Positions 24,002 to 31,802 of a stretch of DNA of 64,000 nt are shown piece by piece. The notes beneath the pieces were generated by a model. The model saw only the letters and a program-made list of their open reading frames with translations, did not search any database and was not told where the DNA came from. Within the stretch, counting starts at the first letter, position 1. Every line of letters starts with the position of its first letter. Source of the stretch: a virus (taxonomy: Duplodnaviria > Caudoviricetes). A program made the position numbers and the translations under genes. The stretch is taken from the IMG/VR virus record IMGVR_UViG_3300037470_000126, positions 1 to 64,000 of that record; one strand, given 5' to 3'.

Positions 24002-25387
24002 TCACTCCGCGGCGGGCAGTTCGTCAACGATGGCGCAGCGGGTGAGCTGGGTGGACTTCATGCCCTCCCACTCCTTGTGCGCCTTCACGGAACCCTTGAT
24101 CACGTAGCGGGCGCCGATCTCCTCGCCCAGGGTGTCGTTCGAGGCGAACCACTTAACGACGTTGCCCTCCTCTGTGATCATGGTGTAGAGGGTGGTGCTG
24201 CCGTAGTCGCTGTCCAGGTACTTGATGGCCTTGATTTCAACGGTCAGCGTCTCGCGGCTGCCCTTCACACCCGCTGCCTTGTCAGGCGCGGTACCGATGA
24301 ACTCAGAGGCGGCGTACACGCTGGCCTCACGCTCACGGATCAACGTGCGCTCCAGGTGCTTGGCCCAAGCCTGCGGGGCAGAGGCGAGGAGGCCGATGTT
24401 GCGAGCGGAGACCATCTTGCCTGCGGCAACAGCCTTCATGTTCAGGACGTAGTCAGACGAGCCGGAGAAGTCGTCGGACAGGATGAACGCGAGAAGCTGG
24501 GCAGCCTTGTCGGCAGCCTCGTCGGCAAGCGGGGCGATCTTCGCGGCCCACTCGCGGTCGTGCTTGCTCTTGCTCGGCGAGAGGGCGGTCATAACGTCGC
24601 CCTTCGTGGTGTTGCCGTAAGAGCTGGCGGGCTTGAACCCTTCAAGCTTCACGCAGGCCCAGGCAACGGCGAGGACGGTCAGCGGGTTGTACTCACGCTC
24701 ACCGGCTCCCCCGAAGAACGAACCCTCCTCGTCGTCGTCTCCGGACAGCTCGGGGAAGGCAATGGTCGTGTACTGCCCGGTGAAGTCCTTCAGGCAAGAG
24801 CTACCGACCTGGAGCATCTCGCCGGACTCCTGGTTGCGTACGACGTAGGTCACGAGGCGCTGGCGCGTAGTGCGGCAGTGGTCGCACCAGCCTTCGGTCA
24901 CGGAGTCGCGGTTCACGCCCTCGACACCCGGGACGGAGCGCACGATCAGGCCAGCGTTCGCGTCCCAATCAAGCTTGGCGATGAACTCCCACCCGTTGTA
25001 CGCGGGGGCGTTGCCGGTGATCTCGACCTTGTACTCGGTCCAGGTCTCGGTGATCTTGGTGAGTTCGTTGGTCTCGGTGACCTCGACCTCTTCGACGCTC
25101 ATGGACAGCGTGCCGGCGAGGCCCTTACGCTCGGCGCGGGCGTTGATCTTGTTCAGCTTCTCCTGGGTGGCGAGGAGCTGGAAGTGGTCGATGCGAGCGC
25201 TCATGGCGATCTCGCGGACGGTCACGTCGGTGACAGCCTGGATGGTGTGGGACGGGGTGACGGGCGTCTGGATCTCGGTGGCGAGCGGCTTAACAACGGG
25301 AGCGGAGACACCCTTCGCGGCGGCCTTGCGGCACGCGGCACGCGCGCTCTTGGTCTTCGGGTGGGTGCAGTTCGCGTGGGCGCTCAT
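24002..25387 (-). CDS. Cassette protein: N-terminal HCHC module, central Zn ribbon, C-terminal OB-fold-like domain
   Basis: MSAHANCTHPKTKSARAACR; WCDHCRTTRQR...QVGSSCLKDF; beta-rich C-terminus ending KGSVKAHKEWEG.KSTQLTRC. Confidence 0.85.
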   Translation of the reverse strand: MSAHANCTHPKTKSARAACRKAAAKGVSAPVVKPLATEIQTPVTPSHTIQAVTDVTVREIAMSARIDHFQLLATQEKLNKINARAERKGLAGTLSMSVEEVEVTETNELTKITETWTEYKVEITGNAPAYNGWEFIAKLDWDANAGLIVRSVPGVEGVNRDSVTEGWCDHCRTTRQRLVTYVVRNQESGEMLQVGSSCLKDFTGQYTTIAFPELSGDDDEEGSFFGGAGEREYNPLTVLAVAWACVKLEGFKPASSYGNTTKGDVMTALSPSKSKHDREWAAKIAPLADEAADKAAQLLAFILSDDFSGSSDYVLNMKAVAAGKMVSARNIGLLASAPQAWAKHLERTLIREREASVYAASEFIGTAPDKAAGVKGSRETLTVEIKAIKYLDSDYGSTTLYTMITEEGNVVKWFASNDTLGEEIGARYVIKGSVKAHKEWEGMKSTQLTRCAIVDELPAAE

Positions 25388-25425
25388 GTCGGGCTCCTCG
25401 TCTCGTCGTGTTCTCTCTTGAGAGA

Positions 25426-25454
25426 AGCTTACCAAGTGAAACCGCACGATGCAA
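25426..25454 (-). promoter_or_regulatory. Array promoter
   Basis: TTGCAT-N17-TAAGCT. Confidence 0.8.
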
Positions 25455-25507
25455 GGCGGGAGCGAAAGTCGTGTGCGCCCATCTCACGGCGCTATCCGTG
25501 CCCGAGG

Positions 25508-25521
25508 AATGCCGGGTATCC
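25508..25521. promoter_or_regulatory. Operator copy
   Basis: AATGCCGGGTATCC. Confidence 0.7.
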
Positions 25522-25608
25522 GCCCCTCCCGATCAAGCGTCACACGCCCGTACAGAGCCTTGGGCCGTACCACACCCAACGTGTGTGCCGGCAAGCTAGC
25601 CCGTCCAC

Positions 25609-25636
25609 GAGAAAGGGCCCCGTAGGGCCCCTCTCT
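25609..25636 (-). terminator. Intrinsic terminator
   Basis: AGGGCCC-CGTA-GGGCCCCT stem with a TTTCTC tail on the minus strand. Confidence 0.7.
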
Positions 25637-25655
25637 GCTACTCTCTCGCCCCCTC

Positions 25656-26087
25656 TCAGTCGGCGAGGCGGATGTTCCCCGTCAGGTAGTCGCTGGACGA
25701 GTACAGCGCGCGCTGGACGGCGCTCTCGGCGTTGGGGTCGATCTGGAAGGCGATGCGCCACAGGCGCTTGCCGGGCTGGCTCTTGCTGTCCTGGACATAG
25801 TCAAGCTGGCCGGTGATCTCGCGGAGGACAACACCCTCGGGCAGACGGTGGTCGTCGTACTTGGCCCACCCGGTGACCTTCGTGCCGGCTCGCATCGCAG
25901 CGGACAGCTCCTCGTCGGTCAGGGGGGTGAAGCCGGCGATGGTGCTACGGATCTTGCGGCAGTTGGCACGGGCCTTCTTCGTGCTCTGGTGGTCACACGC
26001 GGCGTGCGAGGTGCCGGCCTTCAGGTACTGCGAGAGGGTCAGGGGGGTCTCGGTGACGGTGGTCTCGGGGGCGGTGTTCTCAGTCAT
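25656..26087 (-). CDS. Cassette protein with HCHC module
   Basis: GAGGAG RBS; SHAACDHQSTKKARANCR. Confidence 0.85.
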   Translation of the reverse strand: MTENTAPETTVTETPLTLSQYLKAGTSHAACDHQSTKKARANCRKIRSTIAGFTPLTDEELSAAMRAGTKVTGWAKYDDHRLPEGVVLREITGQLDYVQDSKSQPGKRLWRIAFQIDPNAESAVQRALYSSSDYLTGNIRLAD

Positions 26088-26116
26088 TGTGTGCTCCTCG
26101 TGTTGTCGTTGGCACG

Positions 26117-26145
26117 ACTCTAGCATGCCCGTGGCGGTCGTCCAA
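26117..26145 (-). promoter_or_regulatory. Array promoter
   Basis: TTGGAC-N17-TAGAGT. Confidence 0.7.
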
Positions 26146-26154
26146 GGGGTGAAT

Positions 26155-26469
26155 TCAGGGGCGCATGTCGTCGGCGAGGATCTCCCACTCGCCCATCAGG
26201 CGGGCGGTCTCGTGGACGAGACGAACGGCGAGGGCAGGGTTCCAGTCGGCGAGGCGGTACCCGTGCTCCTGGGCGACCTCGTCAAGGGTGATGCGGTGGA
26301 TCATGTTCACGCAACCCTCGGCGCGGGCACGACGGACGAACACGAAGGTGTGGTTAACGATCGTGGCGGTGGTCTCCTTCACACGCTCACGCCGGCAAGC
26401 GGAGCGGGCGGCCTTCGTGGCCTCGTGCTGGCAGCGGCTGTGGTCGGTGGTCTTGCGTGTCGTCGTCAT
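26155..26469 (-). CDS. Cassette protein with HCHC module (leaderless)
   Basis: DHSRCQHEATKAARSACR; ATG 6 nt after the -10 box. Confidence 0.85.
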   Translation of the reverse strand: MTTTRKTTDHSRCQHEATKAARSACRRERVKETTATIVNHTFVFVRRARAEGCVNMIHRITLDEVAQEHGYRLADWNPALAVRLVHETARLMGEWEILADDMRP

Positions 26470-26475
26470 GTGACG

Positions 26476-26505
26476 ACCATACACCCTGCCGGCGGTCCCG
26501 CGCAA
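26476..26505 (-). promoter_or_regulatory. Array promoter
   Basis: TTGCGC-N18-TATGGT-N6-ATG. Confidence 0.75.
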
Positions 26506-26556
26506 GGGGAGCCCAGAGGCCGTGTGTGCCCGTCTAACGATGGCAGCGGCACGGAG

Positions 26557-26571
26557 GTATGCCGGGTATCC
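26557..26571. promoter_or_regulatory. Operator copy
   Basis: GTATGCCGGGTATCC. Confidence 0.75.
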
Positions 26572-26610
26572 TCTGTCCCGCGTCGGCTCTCAGAAGCCGG
26601 CTCAGCCACC

Positions 26611-26636
26611 GAGAAACCCGCTTGCGCGGGTTCTCT
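26611..26636 (-). terminator. Intrinsic terminator
   Basis: GAGAAACCCGC-TT-GCGCGGGTTCTC hairpin. Confidence 0.7.
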
Positions 26637-26648
26637 GCTGGGTGCGGC

Positions 26649-26906
26649 TCAGTGGCGGACAGCGGCGATGATCTCTTCCACGTCCTTCGTGTTGTCGTAG
26701 TACCCTTCGATCAGGGCGGAGTCAATGGCTCCCAGACCGAAGATGATCTCATCGGCGTCGGCGCTGTTGTCGTAGTACGAGGCGACGAGGGCGGCGATCT
26801 TCGTGGCGGTCTCAGTGGCACGAGCCTTGCGAGCGGCGCGGCACTTGGCGCGGGCGGTCTTGGTAGCGGGGTGGAGGCAGTCGCTGTGGTTCGTGTTCGT
26901 CTTCAT
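26649..26906 (-). CDS. Cassette protein with HCHC module (leaderless)
   Basis: NHSDCLHPATKTARAKCR; acidic helical C-terminus with a repeated YYDN. Confidence 0.85.
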   Translation of the reverse strand: MKTNTNHSDCLHPATKTARAKCRAARKARATETATKIAALVASYYDNSADADEIIFGLGAIDSALIEGYYDNTKDVEEIIAAVRH

Positions 26907-26912
26907 GTGAGA

Positions 26913-26942
26913 ACAGTACCACGGCCCCACCGGCGAGTGCAA
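26913..26942 (-). promoter_or_regulatory. Array promoter
   Basis: TTGCAC-N18-TACTGT-N6-ATG. Confidence 0.75.
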
Positions 26943-27010
26943 GGGCACAACGCGAGAAAGGGCCTCTCCCCTTTCGAGAAAGACCCTCGCTCTTATGTGG
27001 ATTCAGGCTG

Positions 27011-27376
27011 TCAGGCCTCGACAGTCTCCGCGTAGGTGCAGGAGATGGTGGTGCGCTTGGTCTTGCCCTCGTCGTTCACGTAGTTGATCCACTGCTTACC
27101 CCACCCGGAGATCTTGACGCCGGTGGCGACCTCGGACTCCTCGTCGTCGGTCAGGCGAACAGCGATGCGGACGGGGGTCTCGCGGAACTCCCTCCAGTTC
27201 TCAGCGGTAACGCGCACCGGCTCGAACACGGGGGCGGGAGTCTCGATGGTGGTAACACCCTCGGCGGCAACGGTGGAGAGCATGTCGGCGAACTTGGCGC
27301 GGCTCCGACGGCACTGGGCACGGGCGGCCTTCGTGCTGACGTGCTCGCAGTTCGCGTGGCTCTGGATCTTGGACAT
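27011..27376 (-). CDS. Cassette protein with HCHC module and a small beta-barrel-like domain
   Basis: SHANCEHVSTKAARAQCR; GAGGAG RBS; the C-terminal domain resembles that of 29694-30083. Confidence 0.85.
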   Translation of the reverse strand: MSKIQSHANCEHVSTKAARAQCRRSRAKFADMLSTVAAEGVTTIETPAPVFEPVRVTAENWREFRETPVRIAVRLTDDEESEVATGVKISGWGKQWINYVNDEGKTKRTTISCTYAETVEA

Positions 27377-27417
27377 TCTGTGCTCCTCGGTTCGTGTCGT
27401 TCTTGCTTACAGGGATA

Positions 27418-27446
27418 ACACTACGCACTCAGCGCCGGGCCGTCAA
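27418..27446 (-). promoter_or_regulatory. Array promoter
   Basis: TTGACG-N17-TAGTGT, followed by GTAAGCAAGA. Confidence 0.85.
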
Positions 27447-27576
27447 GGCCAGCTCACGGTTTCTTTCAAGATTCTTTAGGTTGCCACAATCCCTGCTACA
27501 GAAAGGCTCTGTGCGCTCGCCAGTGAGCCGGCACCCTCTCCCCGGAGGTACCGGCTCGGCTGACCCTGCTAAGCGC

Positions 27577-27831
27577 TTACGCGCCGGCGTGAGGGTTGAG
27601 AAGGCGCTCCATGAGCCGGTTGGTCAGCTCACGCGCCACCTCCTGCTCGGTGACGGCGTAGACACGAGACGCGGCAGCGTGGAGCTCCGCTACGTCCCAC
27701 ACCTCCCCGAACTTCTGATCCATCGTGGCGTCGGAGAACTCCTTGACCACTGCCGTCATCGGCTCGTGGATCAAGGGGACCAGCTCGGTGATCAGTTCAT
27801 CTAGGCGGCGGGATTGATCGGCAGAGAACAT
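27577..27831 (-). CDS. Cassette protein, helical hypothetical
   Basis: AAGGGAG RBS; own promoter; 84 aa. Confidence 0.75.
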   Translation of the reverse strand: MFSADQSRRLDELITELVPLIHEPMTAVVKEFSDATMDQKFGEVWDVAELHAAASRVYAVTEQEVARELTNRLMERLLNPHAGA

Positions 27832-27869
27832 GGCACACTCCCTTGTGTACGTTCGGTTCCTACTCGACT

Positions 27870-27898
27870 ACAGTACCGCGGTGAGAGACAGATCACAA
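27870..27898 (-). promoter_or_regulatory. Array promoter
   Basis: TTGTGA-N17-TACTGT. Confidence 0.65.
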
Positions 27899-27974
27899 GG
27901 GGGCGCACAGGGGGCGCACGGAGCACGAGGGGCGCACGCACACACGGCCGTCTGACGGCCTCAGTGTCCGCGGT

Positions 27975-27989
27975 GGGTACCCGGCATAC
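27975..27989. promoter_or_regulatory. Operator copy (inverted)
   Basis: GGGTACCCGGCATAC, the reverse complement of GTATGCCGGGTACCC. Confidence 0.7.
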
Positions 27990-28070
27990 CTCCGCCTCGT
28001 TCAGGCTCTCAGAAGCCCGTACAGGCTTGATCGGCAGATCTCAATATGGCAACGTTGCCAGCTCCCAAAC

Positions 28071-28107
28071 GAGGAAGCCCCTCCCTCTTTCGAGGTCGGG
28101 GCCTTCC
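28071..28107 (-). terminator. Intrinsic terminator
   Basis: GGAAGCCCC / GGGGCCTTCC stem. Confidence 0.55.
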
Positions 28108-28119
28108 CTAACAGTTTGG

Positions 28120-28428
28120 TTACTCGGCGGCGCGGGCCTTGCGGCAGATCGCGCGGTCCTTCTTGGTCTTCGGGTGCTTGCACGCTGCGTGGCTGGTGTG
28201 GGACTTGGCGATCCCGTTGGAGTGACCCTTCGCCGGCGGCGTGGTCTCAGGGTCGGGGGCACCCTGGCAGATCAGGCAGTCATCCTGGGCACCCTCGGTC
28301 TCGTGGCTCTCGTCACTGTGGGTGTTCTCGTGACCCTGGTAGTCGTAGCAGGCTTCGCAGATGTTGCCCTCAAGCAGGTCGGAGGAGACGGGGCGGAAGG
28401 TGCAGTAGGTGCAAAGCTTGCGAGCCAT
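28120..28428 (-). CDS. Cys/His-rich cassette protein with a C-terminal HCHC module
   Basis: CTYC, CEAC, H..H, CLIC, then SHAACKHPKTKKDRAICR. Confidence 0.85.
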   Translation of the reverse strand: MARKLCTYCTFRPVSSDLLEGNICEACYDYQGHENTHSDESHETEGAQDDCLICQGAPDPETTPPAKGHSNGIAKSHTSHAACKHPKTKKDRAICRKARAAE

Positions 28429-28474
28429 TTGGATCACTCTCTCTGGTTGGTGTTGCTCTGTGCTGATAGATAGA

Positions 28475-28503
28475 ACATTACACGGGTCCAGTGGCTAGCG
28501 CAA
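28475..28503 (-). promoter_or_regulatory. Array promoter
   Basis: TTGCGC-N17-TAATGT. Confidence 0.75.
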
Positions 28504-28577
28504 GGCCTGGCAACGTTGTCATTGAAAAAATCTTGAGGAGGCCTGTACGGCGATCTGACGCCGGCAGCCTCTCGCCG

Positions 28578-28592
28578 GTATGCCGGGTATCC
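28578..28592. promoter_or_regulatory. Operator copy
   Basis: GTATGCCGGGTATCC. Confidence 0.75.
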
Positions 28593-28683
28593 GGCGGCAC
28601 CGCTGGGCTCTTAGGCGGGCTCTCAGAGCCTCGCTCATGCGAGTGCCCCCGCCCTCTCACGAGGACGGAGGCTCTCTGATCGG

Positions 28684-29079
28684 TCAGGCGTTACGCTGGC
28701 GACGGCACGCGGCTCGTGCGCTCTTGGTCGCGGCGTGATCACACTCGGCGTGAGCGCCACGCACACCCACGACCTTCATCTCCTTGACGACAGGTGCGGC
28801 AGCGGCCTTCTTGGCGGTCTTCTTCGCAGCCGGCGACGCCTTGTCCAGAGCCTCCGTGCAGCGGCTCTCGGGGTGGATCTGACGCTGGCGGGCGTCAAGC
28901 TCCCAGCCTCCCGTGATCTCGAAGCCACAGAGGCCACAGAGGGGGTTGCAGCGGTAGCAACGGCCGTTCTCGTCAACCTCGCACACGGTGTCGAGGCAAC
29001 AAGTGGTCTCGCCGTCCTCGTCGGTCTCGGGGTCGATGGTCTGGCAGGTGGTGCAGTGCTTGGACATCGGGTCGAACAT
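28684..29079 (-). CDS. Cys-rich cassette protein with a C-terminal HCHC module
   Basis: CTTC, CC, CYRC, CGLC, then AHAECDHAATKSARAACR; AAGGAG RBS. Confidence 0.85.
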   Translation of the reverse strand: MFDPMSKHCTTCQTIDPETDEDGETTCCLDTVCEVDENGRCYRCNPLCGLCGFEITGGWELDARQRQIHPESRCTEALDKASPAAKKTAKKAAAAPVVKEMKVVGVRGAHAECDHAATKSARAACRRQRNA

Positions 29080-29118
29080 CTGAGGCTCCTTGCTCGCTCG
29101 GTCTTGCTTACGAGTAGA

Positions 29119-29147
29119 ACACTACGGCATACGTGGGACCGTGTCAA
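29119..29147 (-). promoter_or_regulatory. Array promoter
   Basis: TTGACA-N17-TAGTGT, followed by GTAAGCAAGA. Confidence 0.9.
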
Positions 29148-29187
29148 GGACGTGAGCGAGAATCTTCCACACAAGCCTGTGACGTCC

Positions 29188-29223
29188 GAAAACCCCGTCT
29201 CACTAGTGAGAGCGGGGTTCTCT
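29188..29223 (-). terminator. Intrinsic terminator
   Basis: AACCCCG-TCTCAC-TA-GTGAGA-GCGGGGTT hairpin. Confidence 0.7.
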
Positions 29224-29238
29224 GCCAGGGTCAATATG

Positions 29239-29376
29239 TCAGTATGAGCAGTTCTCGCAGGTCCCGTCCTCCTCCAGGTGCGTCTCACAGGTCGAGCAGA
29301 AGTGGATCTCATCGCGGCAGATCTCGATCGGGCAGCCGACCAGACCCTCAAGTGACATTTCGATCTCGAAGTCCAT
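29239..29376 (-). CDS. 45-aa acidic Cys-rich cassette peptide
   Basis: AAGGGAG RBS, own promoter and terminator; MDFEIEMSLEGLVGCPIEICRDEIHFCSTCETHLEEDGTCENCSY*. Confidence 0.8.
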   Translation of the reverse strand: MDFEIEMSLEGLVGCPIEICRDEIHFCSTCETHLEEDGTCENCSY

Positions 29377-29417
29377 TGTCTTCTCCCTTGTTTCGCTCTC
29401 TCTTGCTTACATGGACT

Positions 29418-29446
29418 ACTTTACGCGACTGACCCGGGGCCGTCAA
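29418..29446 (-). promoter_or_regulatory. Array promoter
   Basis: TTGACG-N17-TAAAGT, followed by GTAAGCAAGA. Confidence 0.85.
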
Positions 29447-29638
29447 GGCAGATCAGTGGTTTTCTTCAAGATTCTTTTGGAAGCTCTGTGTGCCCGTCTA
29501 AGCGCCTGTCAGACACTCGCCGGCAGTCTCGTACGCTCACGCGCTCTCGTGCTCTCACATCGCCGTCTAGGACGTCTCAGGCGCGTCTCTAGGGCTCTCG
29601 CACTCACGACACGCAGACTTGTGCCGGCTCAGACATGC

Positions 29639-29677
29639 GAAAGCCCGAGAGACTGTCTTAGCTCTCTCGGGCTCTCT
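29639..29677 (-). terminator. Intrinsic terminator
   Basis: AGCCCGAGAGA / TCTCTCGGGCT stem. Confidence 0.7.
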
Positions 29678-29693
29678 AATCGTGCTGGGCAGT

Positions 29694-30083
29694 TCAGTTG
29701 GTCAGGCGGACGCTGTCCTCCTCGATCAGGTCGGCAACGGGGCGACGGACGGTCTTGCCGTCCTCGTTCTTGAACTGGATGTTCCGCTCGCTCCAGCCGG
29801 TCAGCTCGGTGGCGATCACGTCGCCGTCGGTGAAGCGGAGCGTAACGCCGCGGCCCTTGTACTCCTTCCAGTTCTCGCGGTGCAGGACGAGGGCGTTGAC
29901 GGAGATGTGAACGCGGTGCGGAGCCGGCATGAGCATCTTCGGGCCGTTCATCGCAGCCTCAACGGCGGCAAGAATCGGGTTGGCGATCTCGACGGTGGTC
30001 GCCTTCTTCATTGCGCGGCGGCAGGCAGCGCGGGCAACCTTGGTGGAGGGGTGCTGGCAGGCGGCGTGAGAGAAGCGGGCCAT
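29694..30083 (-). CDS. Cassette protein with HCHC module and a small beta-barrel-like domain
   Basis: FSHAACQHPSTKVARAACR; GAAGGA RBS. Confidence 0.85.
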   Translation of the reverse strand: MARFSHAACQHPSTKVARAACRRAMKKATTVEIANPILAAVEAAMNGPKMLMPAPHRVHISVNALVLHRENWKEYKGRGVTLRFTDGDVIATELTGWSERNIQFKNEDGKTVRRPVADLIEEDSVRLTN

Positions 30084-30133
30084 TTGGATCATTCCTTCGG
30101 TTGGTGTTGCGCTCTGTTGTGCTGACATGGATA

Positions 30134-30162
30134 ACACTACGGCACTCCGCGTGCTCCGTCAA
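30134..30162 (-). promoter_or_regulatory. Array promoter
   Basis: TTGACG-N17-TAGTGT. Confidence 0.85.
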
Positions 30163-30237
30163 GGCGAGAACGAGGTTTTCTCCAAGATCTTTTAGAAACC
30201 TCTCTGTGGCCTTCTAAGCGCCTCAGCCCGTGCCTCG

Positions 30238-30252
30238 GTATGCCGGGTATCC
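30238..30252. promoter_or_regulatory. Operator copy
   Basis: GTATGCCGGGTATCC. Confidence 0.75.
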
Positions 30253-30348
30253 TCTGTCCCGCGTCGTCCGCGAGAGAGCCGCACAGGGCCTCGTTCCATA
30301 CGAGTGCCCTCACCCTCTTTCGAGGGCAAGGGCTCTCTTCTCTCAGTC

Positions 30349-30528
30349 TCAGAAGATCCAGTTCCAGATCTTGACGTGCACGGACTTGATCATGTCCCAG
30401 ACGACGGAGAACACGGCGGCAACCCCGTCAAACCCGAGAATGGTGATCGTGGTCAGGATAACGGCGATCACGAGAATGATCATCGCACCCGAGAACCCGT
30501 CTGTGTCGCGCTGGGGGTGGTTCATCAT
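30349..30528 (-). CDS. 59-aa membrane cassette protein
   Basis: AGGGAG RBS; MMNHPQRDTDGFSGAMIILVIAVILTTITILGFDGVAAVFSVVWDMIKSVHVKIWNWIF*. Confidence 0.8.
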   Translation of the reverse strand: MMNHPQRDTDGFSGAMIILVIAVILTTITILGFDGVAAVFSVVWDMIKSVHVKIWNWIF

Positions 30529-30567
30529 CAGAGACTCCCTGCCTCGTTGTTTCTTGCTTACGAAGTA

Positions 30568-30597
30568 AGCTTACCACGCGCCCCGCGCTACATGCAA
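30568..30597 (-). promoter_or_regulatory. Array promoter
   Basis: TTGCAT-N18-TAAGCT, followed by GTAAGCAAGA. Confidence 0.8.
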
Positions 30598-30645
30598 GGG
30601 CGAGAGCTGAATTTCTCAACTCTCGCCCTCGCTCACGTCATCGGA

Positions 30646-30858
30646 TCACTGGTGCTTGGTCGGCGTGATCTTCGCGTCGGGGTGCTCACGCTTGATCTCG
30701 TCGGCGCTCACGGCGCTGTACGTCTGGAGAGTGACAGGCTTGCCGCTCTCGTCCTTGTACGTCACGACGTGCGTGGGACGGTCGATGGACGGCGTACGAT
30801 CGCTGCCGCTCTCGTCACCCTCGCTCTTGCGTCCCTTGATCTTGTCCCAGAGTCCCAT
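30646..30858 (-). CDS. Cassette protein with an amphipathic MGLWDKIKG start
   Basis: GAGAGGG RBS; own promoter; 70 aa. Confidence 0.8.
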   Translation of the reverse strand: MGLWDKIKGRKSEGDESGSDRTPSIDRPTHVVTYKDESGKPVTLQTYSAVSADEIKREHPDAKITPTKHQ

Positions 30859-30894
30859 TAGATCCCTCTCGTCGTTGTTCTTGCTTACGGAGTA

Positions 30895-30923
30895 AGCTTA
30901 CCACTCTGCTCCGCGTCATGCAA
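30895..30923 (-). promoter_or_regulatory. Array promoter
   Basis: TTGCAT-N17-TAAGCT, followed by GTAAGCAAGA. Confidence 0.8.
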
Positions 30924-30977
30924 GGTGGCACGCCGATGAATCCTACGCGGATCTGAGAGCCGCTAGCTAGCCGCACT

Positions 30978-30991
30978 ATACCCGGGTATCC
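30978..30991. promoter_or_regulatory. Operator copy
   Basis: ATACCCGGGTATCC. Confidence 0.75.
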
Positions 30992-31057
30992 GTCGTCCGT
31001 CATCGGCTCGCACACGGGCACACAGAGCCTCGTCCATACGAGGAGGCCCCCGCTCGA

Positions 31058-31080
31058 AGCCGCAAATGGGGGCCTATAAT
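31058..31080 (+). promoter_or_regulatory. Candidate class 2 promoter for the HNH gene
   Basis: AGCCGCAAAT-N7-TATAAT-N7-ATG(31088). Confidence 0.55.
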
Positions 31081-31087
31081 AGATCTC

Positions 31088-31429
31088 ATGCCCATTGGTG
31101 TGCCATGTACTAATCCTGACCATCATCGGAAAAGCAAAAGAGGGAGGTGCCTTGACTGTAGGTATCTACGCATGAAGCCGCGCAATCACTACGGGGACTA
31201 TGTCAAGGGTGCCAAGTGTGAAGTATGCGGTTCAACCGAGAACTTGGGCGTGGATCACGATCACTCGTGCTGCCCCCGTAACGGACGCTCCCGGTCTTGC
31301 GGTGAGTGTGTGAGGGGGACACTATGCCAGAGCTGTAACATGGCTCTGACCTATGATGTCACCCCGGAGATCCTGAGAGCACTAGCGGACTATCTGGAGA
31401 AATACGAGAGCGGCACTACTCCCGAGTAG
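31088..31429 (+). mobile_element. Endonuclease VII-family homing endonuclease, antisense to the array
   Basis: CEVC...VDHDHSCC...CGECVRGTLCQSCNMAL; ILRALADYL C-terminus. Confidence 0.85.
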
Positions 31430-31457
31430 TGCCGCCCCCTCTTCTTGCCGGCTTCGC

Positions 31458-31709
31458 TTAGCCCTTGTTGTTGATCTTCTTCATGTGGTCGAGGATCGTG
31501 TTGGTGATCAAGGTCTCGGCGGCGTTGTAGATCTTGAGGGCGTCGTGGCTGTCGTGATCTTCCACACCCTTCTCGTCGCAACGCGCGATGGCGATGGCAT
31601 CCGCGTAGTCGGCGATCTCGGCGGAGATGGCGTCGATCATCTGATGGGCGATGGCTTCGAGGTTCGCCTCCTTCATGATGTTGTGGATCTTGAGCTGCAT
31701 GGCGTCCAT
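31458..31709 (-). CDS. Cassette protein, helical hypothetical
   Basis: GGGGAG RBS; own promoter. Confidence 0.75.
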   Translation of the reverse strand: MDAMQLKIHNIMKEANLEAIAHQMIDAISAEIADYADAIAIARCDEKGVEDHDSHDALKIYNAAETLITNTILDHMKKINNKG

Positions 31710-31751
31710 CGTGCTCTCCCCTCAGGCCCGTCTCTCGGGCTCACGTCTACG

Positions 31752-31780
31752 ACTATACACGGTGCCGGCTCTCGTGACAA
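31752..31780 (-). promoter_or_regulatory. Array promoter
   Basis: TTGTCA-N17-TATAGT. Confidence 0.85.
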
Positions 31781-31802
31781 GGACGCGCCGGCTCAACCGC
31801 CG

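Noticed and set aside
24077-25816. 579-aa plus-strand ORF
   Set aside because: Antisense shadow of the GC3-biased minus-strand gene, with no RBS, promoter or motif. The same applies to 11420-11971, 15159-16325, 35541-36485, 51171-52130, 58241-59380 and 59390-60331.
23771-30991. CRISPR array or integron attC sites
   Set aside because: The repeats are only 14-15 bp, spaced 0.6-1.7 kb apart and tied to promoters. There are no cas genes beyond a generic RecB/Cas4-like exonuclease in the replication operon, and no integrase.
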